NCBI GenBank assembly: GCA_947085655.1
Contig: CAMTXH010000010.1
Span: forward strand, 82,015 to 146,014
DNA length: 64,000 nucleotides
Reading direction: 5' to 3'
Source: an uncultured Omnitrophica bacterium
GTDB taxonomy: Bacteria; Omnitrophota; Gorgyraeia; JACQQV01
Position numbers and translations under genes: made by a program. The notes under the pieces are model-generated. The model worked only from the letters and a program-made list of their open reading frames with translations, was not told the origin of the DNA and did no database searches. Positions 9,507 through 19,590 of the stretch are shown here, piece after piece (the first letter of the stretch is position 1; every line of letters starts with the position of its first letter).

Positions 9507-10542
9507 CAACAGGGCCGACCTCGCCGTTGAAAGAAACAATTTCGTTGTGCATCTCTGAAAAATGGCATCCTTTGCAAATGTCCAGCGTTCCGGACCAAAC
9601 CTGTTTTCTGTATTCTTGATACGCCTGACTCCTCCAGATTTCACTCAAAGGTTTTTCGAATATATTGCCGATCACATGGCGCCCGTTAAAATCGAGACAG
9701 CAGAGAATCGCTTCGCCGGTCCAGAGAATCACCATCCGATCCAACGGAAAGGGACATACAAAAGCAGGGTCTTTGATAAAACGGACGCGTCCGTCCTGAA
9801 GGTCATAGCGCCGGAATCGAGGCGTTGTCGGCAAAAATTCCTCGGCGTAACGTCCCTTTTCTTCTTCGGTCAGCCAACTTCCCATATTGAGATTCATCGA
9901 TTTCAGAATCATGCGGTCGGCGCCTATTTCCCTTGCCGTACCGATCAATTCCGGAATCTGGTCTTCATTGTACCGCGTGACAATGGTTTGGAGGGATACC
10001 ACAGGCGATTTCGATTTCCTTTTTCTCTTCTCGTCGCATAGAAGTCTTGCGCCTTTCAGGACCTTCTCAAGGTCTGACCCCACACGGTAGCGACCATGCG
10101 CTTCTTGGTTGGCACCGTCCACTTCAATCGTGATGTATTGGAGCCGGGAATCCAGGATGTCGCCGATATACCGCTCCAATAGAACGGCGTTCGTATCGAC
10201 GGTTGATGGAATTCCCCGCTGCCAGGCCCGATAGGCCATTTGATAAAGCATCGGGTTCACCAAGGGCTCTCCCGAAAAAGCAAAGTTCATCAGTTTCGGT
10301 TTCCAATCAATCCGGTCCAGGATCTTCTGAAACGTCTCTATGTTCATGATGCCTTTTGCCCTCTCCATCTTATGGGGCGTGGGACAGAGGGGACATTTGA
10401 TATTACACGTATTCGTCGGTTCGACAACGAGATAACGCGGCAGATGAAAATTCACCAGCTGGGGAAAACGGATGAGGAAAAATTTGGCGGTCCCCCGGAC
10501 CAAGGGGGATGACCACATCCTGTTCAAAATGGCTTTCTTCAT
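9496..10542 (-). CDS. radical SAM protein with SPASM/twitch domain (BtrN-like architecture)
   Basis: EPTNTCNIKCPLC (CxxxCxxC), SGEP, C-terminal CPFP...GEAILCCLD...IGNI...CKGC. Confidence 0.9.
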   Translation of the reverse strand: MKKAILNRMWSSPLVRGTAKFFLIRFPQLVNFHLPRYLVVEPTNTCNIKCPLCPTPHKMERAKGIMNIETFQKILDRIDWKPKLMNFAFSGEPLVNPMLYQMAYRAWQRGIPSTVDTNAVLLERYIGDILDSRLQYITIEVDGANQEAHGRYRVGSDLEKVLKGARLLCDEKRKRKSKSPVVSLQTIVTRYNEDQIPELIGTAREIGADRMILKSMNLNMGSWLTEEEKGRYAEEFLPTTPRFRRYDLQDGRVRFIKDPAFVCPFPLDRMVILWTGEAILCCLDFNGRHVIGNIFEKPLSEIWRSQAYQEYRKQVWSGTLDICKGCHFSEMHNEIVSFNGEVGPVDDT

Positions 10543-12062
10543 CAGAATACCCCTGGATTCACCGGAAAGGCGCGCTGAAGGAGTTTCCTCTCTTCGGCAT
10601 CAAACACCTTTCTGAAGTAAGAGAGGCATAAAAAGACTGCACCCCCGAGAAAAGCCAGCGCAACAATCATGGTCAAGGAAGTCGCGGTCCCGCTCAAAAG
10701 AAAAACAACGCCTCCTGCAAGAGAAGCATGAAGAGCAATCTGGACCAGAGAAAGCCAGGGAGTCTCTAACGAAACGATCTGCTTTGTCATCATATAGTGA
10801 AGAAAAAAGGCGAGGACGGGACTGACACCGCTTGCGATAGCCGTCCCGATCATCCCCCACTTTTTCGTTAGAAACCAGGCAGAAATCAACCAAAATGTTA
10901 CGGCGGGCAAGGATCCTTTTACGATGATAATCGGTTTCTTGAGCGTCCAGATAAAAGTTGCAAGCGGTGCGGCCACAGCCTTAATCAGTCCGAAGAAAGC
11001 AAGGGTCCAGAAGGCAGGCAGAGCGGCCAGATAGTCGGCCTTGAAAAAGCGCTTGATGACCGCGGGCATGAGGACCGCTGAGATCATAATAAAGGGAAAG
11101 AGAATAAAGGCCTGAATTTTACAGTTGATGCGATACAGAAATTTTTGTTCGTCCAAATCCTTTGTCTTGGCGTATTGCCTCAGAAAAAGAGGCGTAATAA
11201 CCGATTTCAGCACGAGTGCCGGAGAAAAAGTGACGAGTGCATTGGCAAGTTGCGCGGCAAAGGCGTACCACCCGGTCGCCGTCGCGCTCAGGAAATGGCT
11301 GACCATGTACAAATCGACGCGGGTGTCCAGAAGGAAATGAAGGAAATTATCGATATGAAGCGCTGCGCCAAACCGGAAAATCTCTCCCTTCCCTCCCTTT
11401 GCCTCCTCCCCTTTGGTCTCACGTTTTCCGAAGAGTAGCGGAAGAACCCTTACCAGATAAACAACCAAAAGAAGCGTTTCTGTTACGATCCACGCGGTGA
11501 AAAGCTTCTCCAAAGCCGCTGACCGGCTGAGAAGCCAGGCAAAAAGAAGGAGTTTGAGTGTCAACGCCGTCACCGTCCCTGTGACCACGTATTTCCGCAG
11601 CAAAAAAGCATTCAAGGTGTTCTCAACGAGCAGGATCGATACCCTAAGGAAACAAAAAATCAAGAGAAACGGCACGAAACGCATCAGTTCGTCATTCCTG
11701 ACCCATTGCGCCAAAATCCTGCTCAAGGGATGAATGACCGGGATGAGCAACACAAAACTTAGAAAGAGGATTGCGTAACAACGTTTGAGGAGCCACCGGC
11801 TCCTCCCCCACTCCTGTTTTTCGACATATTCGGAAACGAAACGCGTCACGACATAAGGCATGCCCCAACTCAACGCAAGCGCAAAGAAAATAAGGGTAGT
11901 GACAACAAGACTGTAAAGTCCAAAGTCTTGAACGGACAAATGTCGGACAAGCAACACCAGGATCAGAAGCGAAAGGAGAGACGAAAAGAAGGTTCCGACA
12001 TAATTGTAGATGGCCCCTTTCAGTGCAAATTGCGGAAATGTGGTCTTTAACCCTTCCTTCAT
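10542..12062 (-). CDS. wzx: Wzx-type oligosaccharide flippase
   Basis: About 14 TM; LSVQDFGLYSL, RVDLYMVSHFL..TGWYAFA, WGMIGTAIA motifs of the PST/MOP family. Confidence 0.85.
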   Translation of the reverse strand: MKEGLKTTFPQFALKGAIYNYVGTFFSSLLSLLILVLLVRHLSVQDFGLYSLVVTTLIFFALALSWGMPYVVTRFVSEYVEKQEWGRSRWLLKRCYAILFLSFVLLIPVIHPLSRILAQWVRNDELMRFVPFLLIFCFLRVSILLVENTLNAFLLRKYVVTGTVTALTLKLLLFAWLLSRSAALEKLFTAWIVTETLLLVVYLVRVLPLLFGKRETKGEEAKGGKGEIFRFGAALHIDNFLHFLLDTRVDLYMVSHFLSATATGWYAFAAQLANALVTFSPALVLKSVITPLFLRQYAKTKDLDEQKFLYRINCKIQAFILFPFIMISAVLMPAVIKRFFKADYLAALPAFWTLAFFGLIKAVAAPLATFIWTLKKPIIIVKGSLPAVTFWLISAWFLTKKWGMIGTAIASGVSPVLAFFLHYMMTKQIVSLETPWLSLVQIALHASLAGGVVFLLSGTATSLTMIVALAFLGGAVFLCLSYFRKVFDAEERKLLQRAFPVNPGVF

Positions 12063-13201
12063 TCCCCCCTCACTGTCGTGGATACCTCCGGTATAGAAAC
12101 GATCTCTTCGGATTTGACACAGCGCGGTTCCACGGAAAAGTTTCTGACAACACTGGCAAGGCGATCCCGATAGATGTGGGAAGTATAACGTTCCTCGATG
12201 GTTCTTCTACCTGCCTCTCCAAACCGCTTCCTGAGAGAGGGGTCCTCAAGCAATAGGGATAATTTTTGAACCCATTCTGCCTCCGTGGAAGCCAGAAATC
12301 CGTTGACGCCGTCCTGAACCACCTCGCCGTTCATTCCGATGGGCGAGGCGATCACCGGGACTCCCGCCGTCATATATTGAATCGTCTTGAAAGCCGCTTT
12401 GCCGCGGGCCCAGGGATCGTCCGGCAGCGGATGGACCCCGATATCCAGACCCAGAAAACAGTGCCATTCTTCCGTCAACGACCACTCACGGTTTTCCACC
12501 CACACCCCCGGAATCTCGAATGCCCTGGAAGCCCCGACGACTCTCAGCACAAAGGGATGCTTCTGCGCCAATGTTTGGAAGACCGGCAGGATCCGCTCAA
12601 GATACCCGGAGGTGGAGGGGGTCCCGATCCAGCCGATCACCGGTGGTCCCTCCTGTTCCCTCTCCCGCCTCATCCGAAGGTACTCCGGATCTACCACGGT
12701 CGGAATCACCCACACCCTCTCATGGTACCGCCTGACATATACCGCGAGCGTGTGGTTGGCTACGAGGACAGCCCGGCTTATGCGAATCGTCTGACCCACC
12801 TTCCAGGAACATTTCAAAAAACGCCACGCGGGGCTCAACCGGCTGGTGTCCGATAAAAAGATGGCGTCGTCAAAATCAAAGATCACCGGCTTCCCCATCA
12901 ACCAGCAGCACCACTCAAAGAGGGGAGGTCCCACCGGCGCTGCCTCCCGGTGAATGAAAATGACATCCGAACGAAATGCCCAAAAAAGGTCTCCTGTCCG
13001 CTTCAGGCAGGCGCCGAGAAAATAAAATGCTTTTTTGAGAAGTTGGCCCCTTCGGTGGAGAAGCCGGTAAAATGCCCGTGTCATAAAGGGGCGTATCTGG
13101 CACCGGATGCCCTGTTCTTCCAGATAGGGCAAATATTGCTCTACCCTGTAGCGATTACTCGCGCCTTCGGTCGGATAAGGCACAATAAAAAGAACTTTCA
13201 T
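12059..13201 (-). CDS. GT4 glycosyltransferase
   Basis: ASNRYR, DFDDAIF, IGWIG, GKAAFKTIQYM..GVPVIASP; start MKVLF at 13201. Confidence 0.9.
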   Translation of the reverse strand: MKVLFIVPYPTEGASNRYRVEQYLPYLEEQGIRCQIRPFMTRAFYRLLHRRGQLLKKAFYFLGACLKRTGDLFWAFRSDVIFIHREAAPVGPPLFEWCCWLMGKPVIFDFDDAIFLSDTSRLSPAWRFLKCSWKVGQTIRISRAVLVANHTLAVYVRRYHERVWVIPTVVDPEYLRMRREREQEGPPVIGWIGTPSTSGYLERILPVFQTLAQKHPFVLRVVGASRAFEIPGVWVENREWSLTEEWHCFLGLDIGVHPLPDDPWARGKAAFKTIQYMTAGVPVIASPIGMNGEVVQDGVNGFLASTEAEWVQKLSLLLEDPSLRKRFGEAGRRTIEERYTSHIYRDRLASVVRNFSVEPRCVKSEEIVSIPEVSTTVRGE

Positions 13202-14412
13202 GATTTTTCCAGGAGGGACAGATACATCTGATGGTATCTCCTCGCCCCCTCTTCCAGGGAAAGTTGTGAGGCGGCCACGCGGCGGCATCTTTCGGAAAGC
13301 TCCTTCCCCTCTCTTAAAAGCGCGGTCAGGGCATCCGCGGCACGTTGATAACTTTCCCCCGAGAAATCGGAAACGACGACGCCTACACTGTTTTCCCGAA
13401 TGAGTGCTTCGGTATCCCCCACATCCGCATTCAGGACTACGGGAAGCCCCGCAGCAAGGTATTCACCCACCTTGGTGGGGCTGGAGGCCATTTTTGAGAA
13501 GACCGGTTTGATAAACGAAATCCCCGCCTGGGCCGATAAGAGCGTTTTGGGGACGTCTTCGTAGGAACTTTGCCGGATGATGAGCCCGTTTCCTGAATGG
13601 CGGCGGAGTCTCTCCCACAATTTTCGGTCACCGGTTTGGGTTAAAATCTGAAATGAGGCATTCGGAATCCTCGTCTTCAAAACCCGATAAAAATCAAGCA
13701 TCGGTTCCAGAAGATACCACGTACCGAGTGACCCCACATACACCAGAACAACCCCTTCCTGAACCGCAGACACCCTTGCCGGGCCTGCTTCCTCAAATCG
13801 CCTCACATCCACGCAGCAAGGAATCACGGCGACCGGCACCTGGTCACGAGTGGCCCTTTTCTGTTTGAGGTAGGCGGCGGCGCGATGGGTGAGCACAACC
13901 ACGCCATCCGCCGACTTCAAAAAGCGCTGCTCGAGGGCGGAGACAAGTCTGTACATCACTCCATGGCGCTTCCAAATTCCGCCATCCGCATATTCCTCCG
14001 CCAGAAAACCCCTCACATCAAATAAAAAGGGTCTTTTTTGCAGCCGTGAAATCATCCATCCGATACTGGCCGGAATGGTCCCCCGCGCATGGATCATCTC
14101 CACGGCATGCCTTTGCGCCAAACGCCGAGCCACCGCAAAACCGGTTACAAGATCCATCGATGTCGACAAAAGAGGGGGAAATTTATGGTACCGGCACCAG
14201 GTCCATCGGATGCCCCCTTCTGCGAGCTCCTCACGGAAACGACGCATCCCGGATTTCCCCAACCGCACGCAGTCTTCCTTTTTCTCAAAGGTCAAGAGGA
14301 TGATCTCAATCCCCTTTTGTGCAAGTCTCCTCAGGTACGGCAAACCCTGCGACTTAAAAATCGGCTCAAGCGCCCCGTTGTAAGAGAGAAATAAAACGCG
14401 TTTAACTGTCAT
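13198..14412 (-). CDS. GT4 glycosyltransferase
   Basis: SQGLPY, HARG, FDVRG, YVGSLGTWY, SPTKVGEYLAAGLPVV; start MTVKR at 14412. Confidence 0.9.
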   Translation of the reverse strand: MTVKRVLFLSYNGALEPIFKSQGLPYLRRLAQKGIEIILLTFEKKEDCVRLGKSGMRRFREELAEGGIRWTWCRYHKFPPLLSTSMDLVTGFAVARRLAQRHAVEMIHARGTIPASIGWMISRLQKRPFLFDVRGFLAEEYADGGIWKRHGVMYRLVSALEQRFLKSADGVVVLTHRAAAYLKQKRATRDQVPVAVIPCCVDVRRFEEAGPARVSAVQEGVVLVYVGSLGTWYLLEPMLDFYRVLKTRIPNASFQILTQTGDRKLWERLRRHSGNGLIIRQSSYEDVPKTLLSAQAGISFIKPVFSKMASSPTKVGEYLAAGLPVVLNADVGDTEALIRENSVGVVVSDFSGESYQRAADALTALLREGKELSERCRRVAASQLSLEEGARRYHQMYLSLLEKS

Positions 14413-15853
14413 GGCGCCGAACCTCCCAAAGCGGACCCTGAGGAATAAGGGTAAAACGTTTCTCCAATTCGCGAATGCTATAGTAATTTTCCTCGTTATC
14501 CGCAAGATAAACCGGACGGCGTCCGGTTTCCCTTTCAATCAACCGGTAAAGCTCCTCCCTTTTTTCGGGGAAAAAGACATACCGGTCAATCGTGGCGTCA
14601 ATGGAGACGTCCGGCCGCAGGCCTTCTATCTCTTGGTAATAGAGGAGAACCATCATCGGCGTAAAATCGCCGATGATTAAACTGCCCGGTTTTACGACTT
14701 CGAGAGATGCCAAACCGTACTGCCTCGGTCCGAATTCGCTGCGCTTGACGGGATTGAGGTAAAAGCGGTTATTGTCCCGGAAGGCGAGCTGCCGGCCGCG
14801 TACAAAGTCGATTTGATAACGTTTCGAAAAATGTGGCAGACTGAGGTACAATCCGACCGGCAGGATGACCAAAAGAGCCAGGGCCCCCAGCGCGAAGGAG
14901 GGATGGCTCGCTCCTTTGGATGCCATCGCTCCTCTTAGGCCAAAACCGATCCAGACCGCGAAGAGGACGTAAGTGGGAAGCATCAGAAAAAAATTTCGCT
15001 GCCGCATATAACCACAGGCAAGGAGGATATTCAGGAAAAACACCGTCAGCAAAACCCAGAAGAACTTCCCTCTTTCCCGAACCATCTTCCTGGTGCCCAG
15101 AAGACCCAATCCGAATCCAACAAAAGGAAACTGGTAAAAGAGGTAGGCGGGATAAAGACTCAGTTCCGATAACAGGTCGCCGGGCCTCAAAAACCATCTG
15201 TTCGCTCCCAAGTCCAAAGGGGCGTTCCTGAACGCCAAAATCAGCATCGGAGAACATCCGAGGAGAAAACAAACAATGCCCAACAGACCCCGGTCGCTCA
15301 AAAGCCACCGCCTCCCCCGTTCCAGAAGCAGGAGATAGAAAAAGGTTGCGATAATCATCAATCCGGACAAGAGGTTATTGAGAAGGGCCACCCCCATCAG
15401 AAAAAAATGCAGGATAAGATAGACGTCTTTTCTTTTCTCCTCCCATGTCAACAGGAGGAAAAAGCCGGTTGTAAAAAAAAAGATGCAAAGTGAATAAGAC
15501 TCGTTGATCACCGAGGCCAGCCAGAAGGTGTGCGAAAGCCCCAGACAGACCGTCGCCAAAAACGCCGCGGCTTCGTGCTGCAGAAGCCGGCGCATCGCCA
15601 GGTAAAAGAACCAGAGGGCCAAAATCCCAAAAAAGGCGGACATGAGGTTTTGCCTGTAGGCAAAGTCGCCGAAGGGCAACCAACTGAAGAGTTTCCCGAT
15701 GAGCGTGTGAAGCATATGGTTCCCTACCGGATCAAACACGATGGTCATTTCCTTGACATAGATCGCCAGTTTTGCTGAATCCCCCCAGAGAACGGTCGGG
15801 GCGAGGGTGTACCAATACAGGACGGCGAAAACGCTGACCGCTAAAAGTCCCAT
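14402..15853 (-). CDS. DUF2723 / TMEM260-like GT-C membrane glycosyltransferase
   Basis: YWYTLAPTVLWGDSA, NLMSAFFG, SHTFW..S...ESY motifs; multi-TM plus C-terminal soluble domain. Confidence 0.75.
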   Translation of the reverse strand: MGLLAVSVFAVLYWYTLAPTVLWGDSAKLAIYVKEMTIVFDPVGNHMLHTLIGKLFSWLPFGDFAYRQNLMSAFFGILALWFFYLAMRRLLQHEAAAFLATVCLGLSHTFWLASVINESYSLCIFFFTTGFFLLLTWEEKRKDVYLILHFFLMGVALLNNLLSGLMIIATFFYLLLLERGRRWLLSDRGLLGIVCFLLGCSPMLILAFRNAPLDLGANRWFLRPGDLLSELSLYPAYLFYQFPFVGFGLGLLGTRKMVRERGKFFWVLLTVFFLNILLACGYMRQRNFFLMLPTYVLFAVWIGFGLRGAMASKGASHPSFALGALALLVILPVGLYLSLPHFSKRYQIDFVRGRQLAFRDNNRFYLNPVKRSEFGPRQYGLASLEVVKPGSLIIGDFTPMMVLLYYQEIEGLRPDVSIDATIDRYVFFPEKREELYRLIERETGRRPVYLADNEENYYSIRELEKRFTLIPQGPLWEVRRHDS

Positions 15854-16548
15854 CAGTCGACAAACCTGTATTTCAGAAGAGCCCAGAGCGCCAAAAAGCC
15901 GTCGGTCCAGTGAATCTTTTTCCCTTCAGCATAGGTCCTGCCGTAATAGGAAATGGGAATTTCATACACCCGCCACTTGCGCTTAAAAATTTTTGCTGTG
16001 AGCTCCGGCTCGATCCGAAAATCGCTCGAACGGAGCGTCATCCCCTGAATCACCTCCCGGCGAAACACTTTATATCCCGTCTCCATGTCACTGAGGGTCG
16101 TGTTGTAGAGAAAACCGGTCACGAAGGTGAGAAAATTGTTTCCCAGTTTATGCCAAAAGAGATAAACGCGCTGTGGTTTGGCGGCGGAAAGCCGGGAGCC
16201 GTACACCACATCGGCAACCCCTTGTTGAATCGGTTCAATCAGTTCGGGGTACTCCGAAGGATCGTACTCCAAATCGGCATCCTGGGTCAGAATAATCTCT
16301 CCCGTTGCATGTCTGAAACCTGTCCGAAGGGCCGCTCCCTTTCCGAGGTTTTTCTCATGGTAAAACACCTTCACCCCCTCATCCCCCAAAGACGCTTCTA
16401 TCGCCTTCAGTCTGCGGCGGGTCTCCTCGGAAGAGCCGTCGTCTACAATGAGAATCTCCTTCTCCAAAGGCACTTCCCTCACTCTCCGAACGATCTCCTC
16501 GACCGTGTCGGTTTCATTGAAAACAGGCATGATCACCGAAATCTTCAT
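15853..16548 (-). CDS. GT2 polyprenol-phosphate glycosyltransferase (DPM1-like)
   Basis: MPVFNE, DDGS, GKGAALRTG, QDADLEYDP, DMETGYK, GRTYAEGKKI. Confidence 0.92.
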   Translation of the reverse strand: MKISVIMPVFNETDTVEEIVRRVREVPLEKEILIVDDGSSEETRRRLKAIEASLGDEGVKVFYHEKNLGKGAALRTGFRHATGEIILTQDADLEYDPSEYPELIEPIQQGVADVVYGSRLSAAKPQRVYLFWHKLGNNFLTFVTGFLYNTTLSDMETGYKVFRREVIQGMTLRSSDFRIEPELTAKIFKRKWRVYEIPISYYGRTYAEGKKIHWTDGFLALWALLKYRFVD

Positions 16549-17906
16549 AGAGGAACCTCTTGGACGTCCTGGCTGGATTTCTCCGCATGGGACAACCCGA
16601 CCGCAAGAAAGATCAGGGCGTAATAGAGCGTCATGGCACGGTGCCGGAACAACGTCCCAAGATTCGAGTCGATAAGGCCCATGAACAAAGAGAAGCCTAT
16701 AAAAATGAAGAGCATCAAATGGGTTTCTCTGCGCGCGTAGTGCAACGCCTGACGCATTCCCTGGATGATAAACGGAACGCAGAAGTAGAGGACGGAGATC
16801 TCGATGGCCCCGATGAAGAAAAAGGTGCTCCCGATCTGCCAGGGGAAGGGTGCGAAGAGGGCATAGACGATCCCAAGGGGGGCGAATAAGAGAAGGCCCC
16901 TGATGTCGGACAGACGCGACTCCTCCAAAAAGGAGGACGTTCCATAGGCCCTCACCGTCCTAAGATAATTAAACCACTCGAGCGGAGAACTCTTCTCCAC
17001 AAAAAAGGTCTTGAGCATCGTTTCCTGCGTCCCTACATGATAGACATGATATAAATAAGCAAGGGGCGCCACCGAGATAGCGACAAGGATGATGAGCAGG
17101 ATGCACAAGAATTTCATCTTTCTCCAGAGCAGGGTCGATCCTAAAAACCAAACTGTGCCAAAGAGCAGAATAAGGCCCAAGGCGGGTGCCCTCAGCAAGA
17201 AAAGCAGATACGCAAGGACCAGGCCGGCCAAGAGAGACGGCACCTTAAGGCGCTTCCGATTCTCGATCAGGCACCAGACCAGGAGGAAAACCATTATATT
17301 GACCGCAGGATCCCGAAGGTTTAGAGTCGACCAGAATAAAAGCGACGGCCAGAAGGCGGAGAAGATCAAGGCGAGACGGGCCGGTCTTGGACCGAAAAAC
17401 TTCTGTGTGAAGAGATAGACGAAAATGGCAGACCAGGTCCCGATCAAGGCATTGATAAACAAGAGGGACAATGGGCTCTTGCCGGTTACGGCGTAGAGAG
17501 CCGCATTCCAGGCTTCAAAAGGACCGGGATTGGTATCTGTCTGACTCTTAAATAACATGGACTCTTCATGGAAGACCCCCCGCTCACGCAACATCAGCAT
17601 CTGCCAGGCGTTTTCGCTGTACGCGTATCCGTCATTTGCGAAATAAAAGCCGGGCCGGAAGCCCATGTCAGCATAGGAAAGGATGTTAAAGGGCAGGATG
17701 AGACTGACGCGAAGGAGGATTGCAAGGAGGAAAATATGAATCACTTGGCCTCTTTTTTCCTGGGAGACGCCCATAGAGACGAATGCAATCCCGGCGAGGA
17801 TCCCGGCTAACAATATCAGCCAGGGGCTGATCCACCCCAACCCAAAGCCCAGCTCCGAAACCCATCCCTGCAGAGGAAAATCCCCCAACAGAAAATCTCG
17901 CATCAT
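16545..17906 (-). CDS. polytopic membrane protein, putative Wzy polymerase / GT-C
   Basis: Many TM helices; NDGYAY, LNLRDP, LFAPFPWQ, NLGTLFRHR motifs typical of EPS-locus polymerase-like proteins. Confidence 0.6.
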   Translation of the reverse strand: MMRDFLLGDFPLQGWVSELGFGLGWISPWLILLAGILAGIAFVSMGVSQEKRGQVIHIFLLAILLRVSLILPFNILSYADMGFRPGFYFANDGYAYSENAWQMLMLRERGVFHEESMLFKSQTDTNPGPFEAWNAALYAVTGKSPLSLLFINALIGTWSAIFVYLFTQKFFGPRPARLALIFSAFWPSLLFWSTLNLRDPAVNIMVFLLVWCLIENRKRLKVPSLLAGLVLAYLLFLLRAPALGLILLFGTVWFLGSTLLWRKMKFLCILLIILVAISVAPLAYLYHVYHVGTQETMLKTFFVEKSSPLEWFNYLRTVRAYGTSSFLEESRLSDIRGLLLFAPLGIVYALFAPFPWQIGSTFFFIGAIEISVLYFCVPFIIQGMRQALHYARRETHLMLFIFIGFSLFMGLIDSNLGTLFRHRAMTLYYALIFLAVGLSHAEKSSQDVQEVPL

Positions 17907-19585
17907 TTGAAAACCTCAGCCGGTCGGCCCTTTTCAAAATGCCGCACCCACTCCCGCCAACCATCACCCTCCGTGACCTGGGCGCCTTTCCGGGCCTGCG
18001 AAAAGAGCTCCGAGGGGGTAAAATAACGCGCGCCCGGAATGTGCAGATCCGAAAATTTCTCACCGAGTAGAACACTGGAGGACGCCGAGTCCCTCTTCTC
18101 CAGCCGATCCCGAACCCAAACAGAGCCCGCCTCTACAAAGCGGACCTCTCGTTCGAACCCGAAATGTTTACCCCGGTTATTTTGAATCAGCAGACGTCGC
18201 AAGAAACGTTTGAGCGGGAAGGCGACCGGTGCCCTGAGACTCGATAACCAGCCGACGATGCGCAGCACAAAAAGCTTCCATGTAGAAAGGAGGTGCGTCT
18301 TGCGGTGAAAACAGGATCCTGTCACCCGAAATCCATTGGGATGGACTTCTACCCGGCACTTAGGATCCAAAACACCGGCGATACTGGTTCCGGAAGCGCT
18401 CTTCGCAACGATTCCGGCATCGTACAAAACCTCGTTCCCCTTTTTGGAAAACCACTTGAAGGTCCCGCCTTTTCCCAGGTTCGCCACCAGATACCCTTCA
18501 GGATCCCCATGAACCAGAAGCTGGGCACTTGGGAAATAGCGGTGGAAATTTTCGACCTCACAGGGCAACTGTTCAATGCCCGTAAGGGACAGGCTGCCCG
18601 ATGTCTCCGCCGCTTGAAGAAAGGGGTAGGCGATATAACAAAGATACCGGTCATCCAGATCGTATAGGCCGATCAGGGTCCGCTTTTCCAACCCTTCTCT
18701 CACAAACGCTGCCATACGGGCCGCCACTACGCTGTAGGGGGCAAGGATCTCGATCCCGTGGGGAATCAGGTACTCGGTATTCCGGCTGCCATACTCCCCT
18801 CCCGCGGTGCCGTTCGGATGGAGGAAGTGACTGAGGAATTGCAGGGATTTTTCCAAAACAGGAAGCAGCGATGGGTCCTGAACCTTCTGGAAATACTTGG
18901 CCAGGTAATCCACCGTCAAGGAGAGATAGCCGATATCAGGGCCTCCGTATTCTTGAAACCACCCTTCTTCACTCTGATGTCTCAACAAGAAATCGATTTT
19001 CTGGCGCGCGCCCCTTTCAAATTGCCGATCCTTTGTAACAAGAAAGAGGTTCTGGAGGGCCGCGGCGGCCCCTGCTTCCTGATTGAGTACGTCGTGTTCG
19101 TCATGTTTCAGAAGCCAGGCCCCTGCCCGCGCCAGCGCTTCCACACCCTCCTGACACTGAATCTCGTCATCCAGCGCAAGGAGGGCCTCTGAAACGGCGT
19201 ATGAAGAAAAAGCGGTCGCCACAAAGCTCTTCTCCCCCGGATACCACTCGCTGAAGGAGCCATCGCGCGCTTGGATCTGACACCAAAAATGAAGGGCTGC
19301 TTCGACCCAACGTTTCAGAAGCGGGTTTCCCTCGTAAGGAGGGTAGCCGGATCCTTTTCTGTAAAGGAGGGCAAGCGTCAAGGCCGCCTCCTGAAAGCGG
19401 ACCCCTGCAAAGTCCGTCATCTTGTAATGCCAAAAGGTCCTGTCAAAACAACCGTACGTTGTGGAACCCGGATGCCGGTCCAGGAGACTCAAAAGACGCG
19501 GGACCTGCTCCAAGACTTGAAGTCGGTAAACGTCCCCGCTCTCCTGCTTGGACTCTCTCATCTCATCAAGGGATATCGGTCGCAT
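17903..19585 (-). CDS. uncharacterised alpha/alpha-toroid-like protein with C-terminal domain (560 aa)
   Basis: DR..STTYGCFDRTFWHYK, QARDGSFSEWYP, GWFQEYGGPDIGY, GEYGSRNT; helical repeats reminiscent of prenyltransferase/heparinase N-domains; paralogue of 41949-42923. Confidence 0.6.
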   Translation of the reverse strand: MRPISLDEMRESKQESGDVYRLQVLEQVPRLLSLLDRHPGSTTYGCFDRTFWHYKMTDFAGVRFQEAALTLALLYRKGSGYPPYEGNPLLKRWVEAALHFWCQIQARDGSFSEWYPGEKSFVATAFSSYAVSEALLALDDEIQCQEGVEALARAGAWLLKHDEHDVLNQEAGAAAALQNLFLVTKDRQFERGARQKIDFLLRHQSEEGWFQEYGGPDIGYLSLTVDYLAKYFQKVQDPSLLPVLEKSLQFLSHFLHPNGTAGGEYGSRNTEYLIPHGIEILAPYSVVAARMAAFVREGLEKRTLIGLYDLDDRYLCYIAYPFLQAAETSGSLSLTGIEQLPCEVENFHRYFPSAQLLVHGDPEGYLVANLGKGGTFKWFSKKGNEVLYDAGIVAKSASGTSIAGVLDPKCRVEVHPNGFRVTGSCFHRKTHLLSTWKLFVLRIVGWLSSLRAPVAFPLKRFLRRLLIQNNRGKHFGFEREVRFVEAGSVWVRDRLEKRDSASSSVLLGEKFSDLHIPGARYFTPSELFSQARKGAQVTEGDGWREWVRHFEKGRPAEVFK

Positions 19586-19590
19586 CGGTC

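Noticed and set aside
17903-19585. Calling the toroid proteins AglQ, squalene cyclase or heparinase
   Set aside because: Only generic helical-repeat resemblance; diagnostic motifs could not be confirmed by eye.
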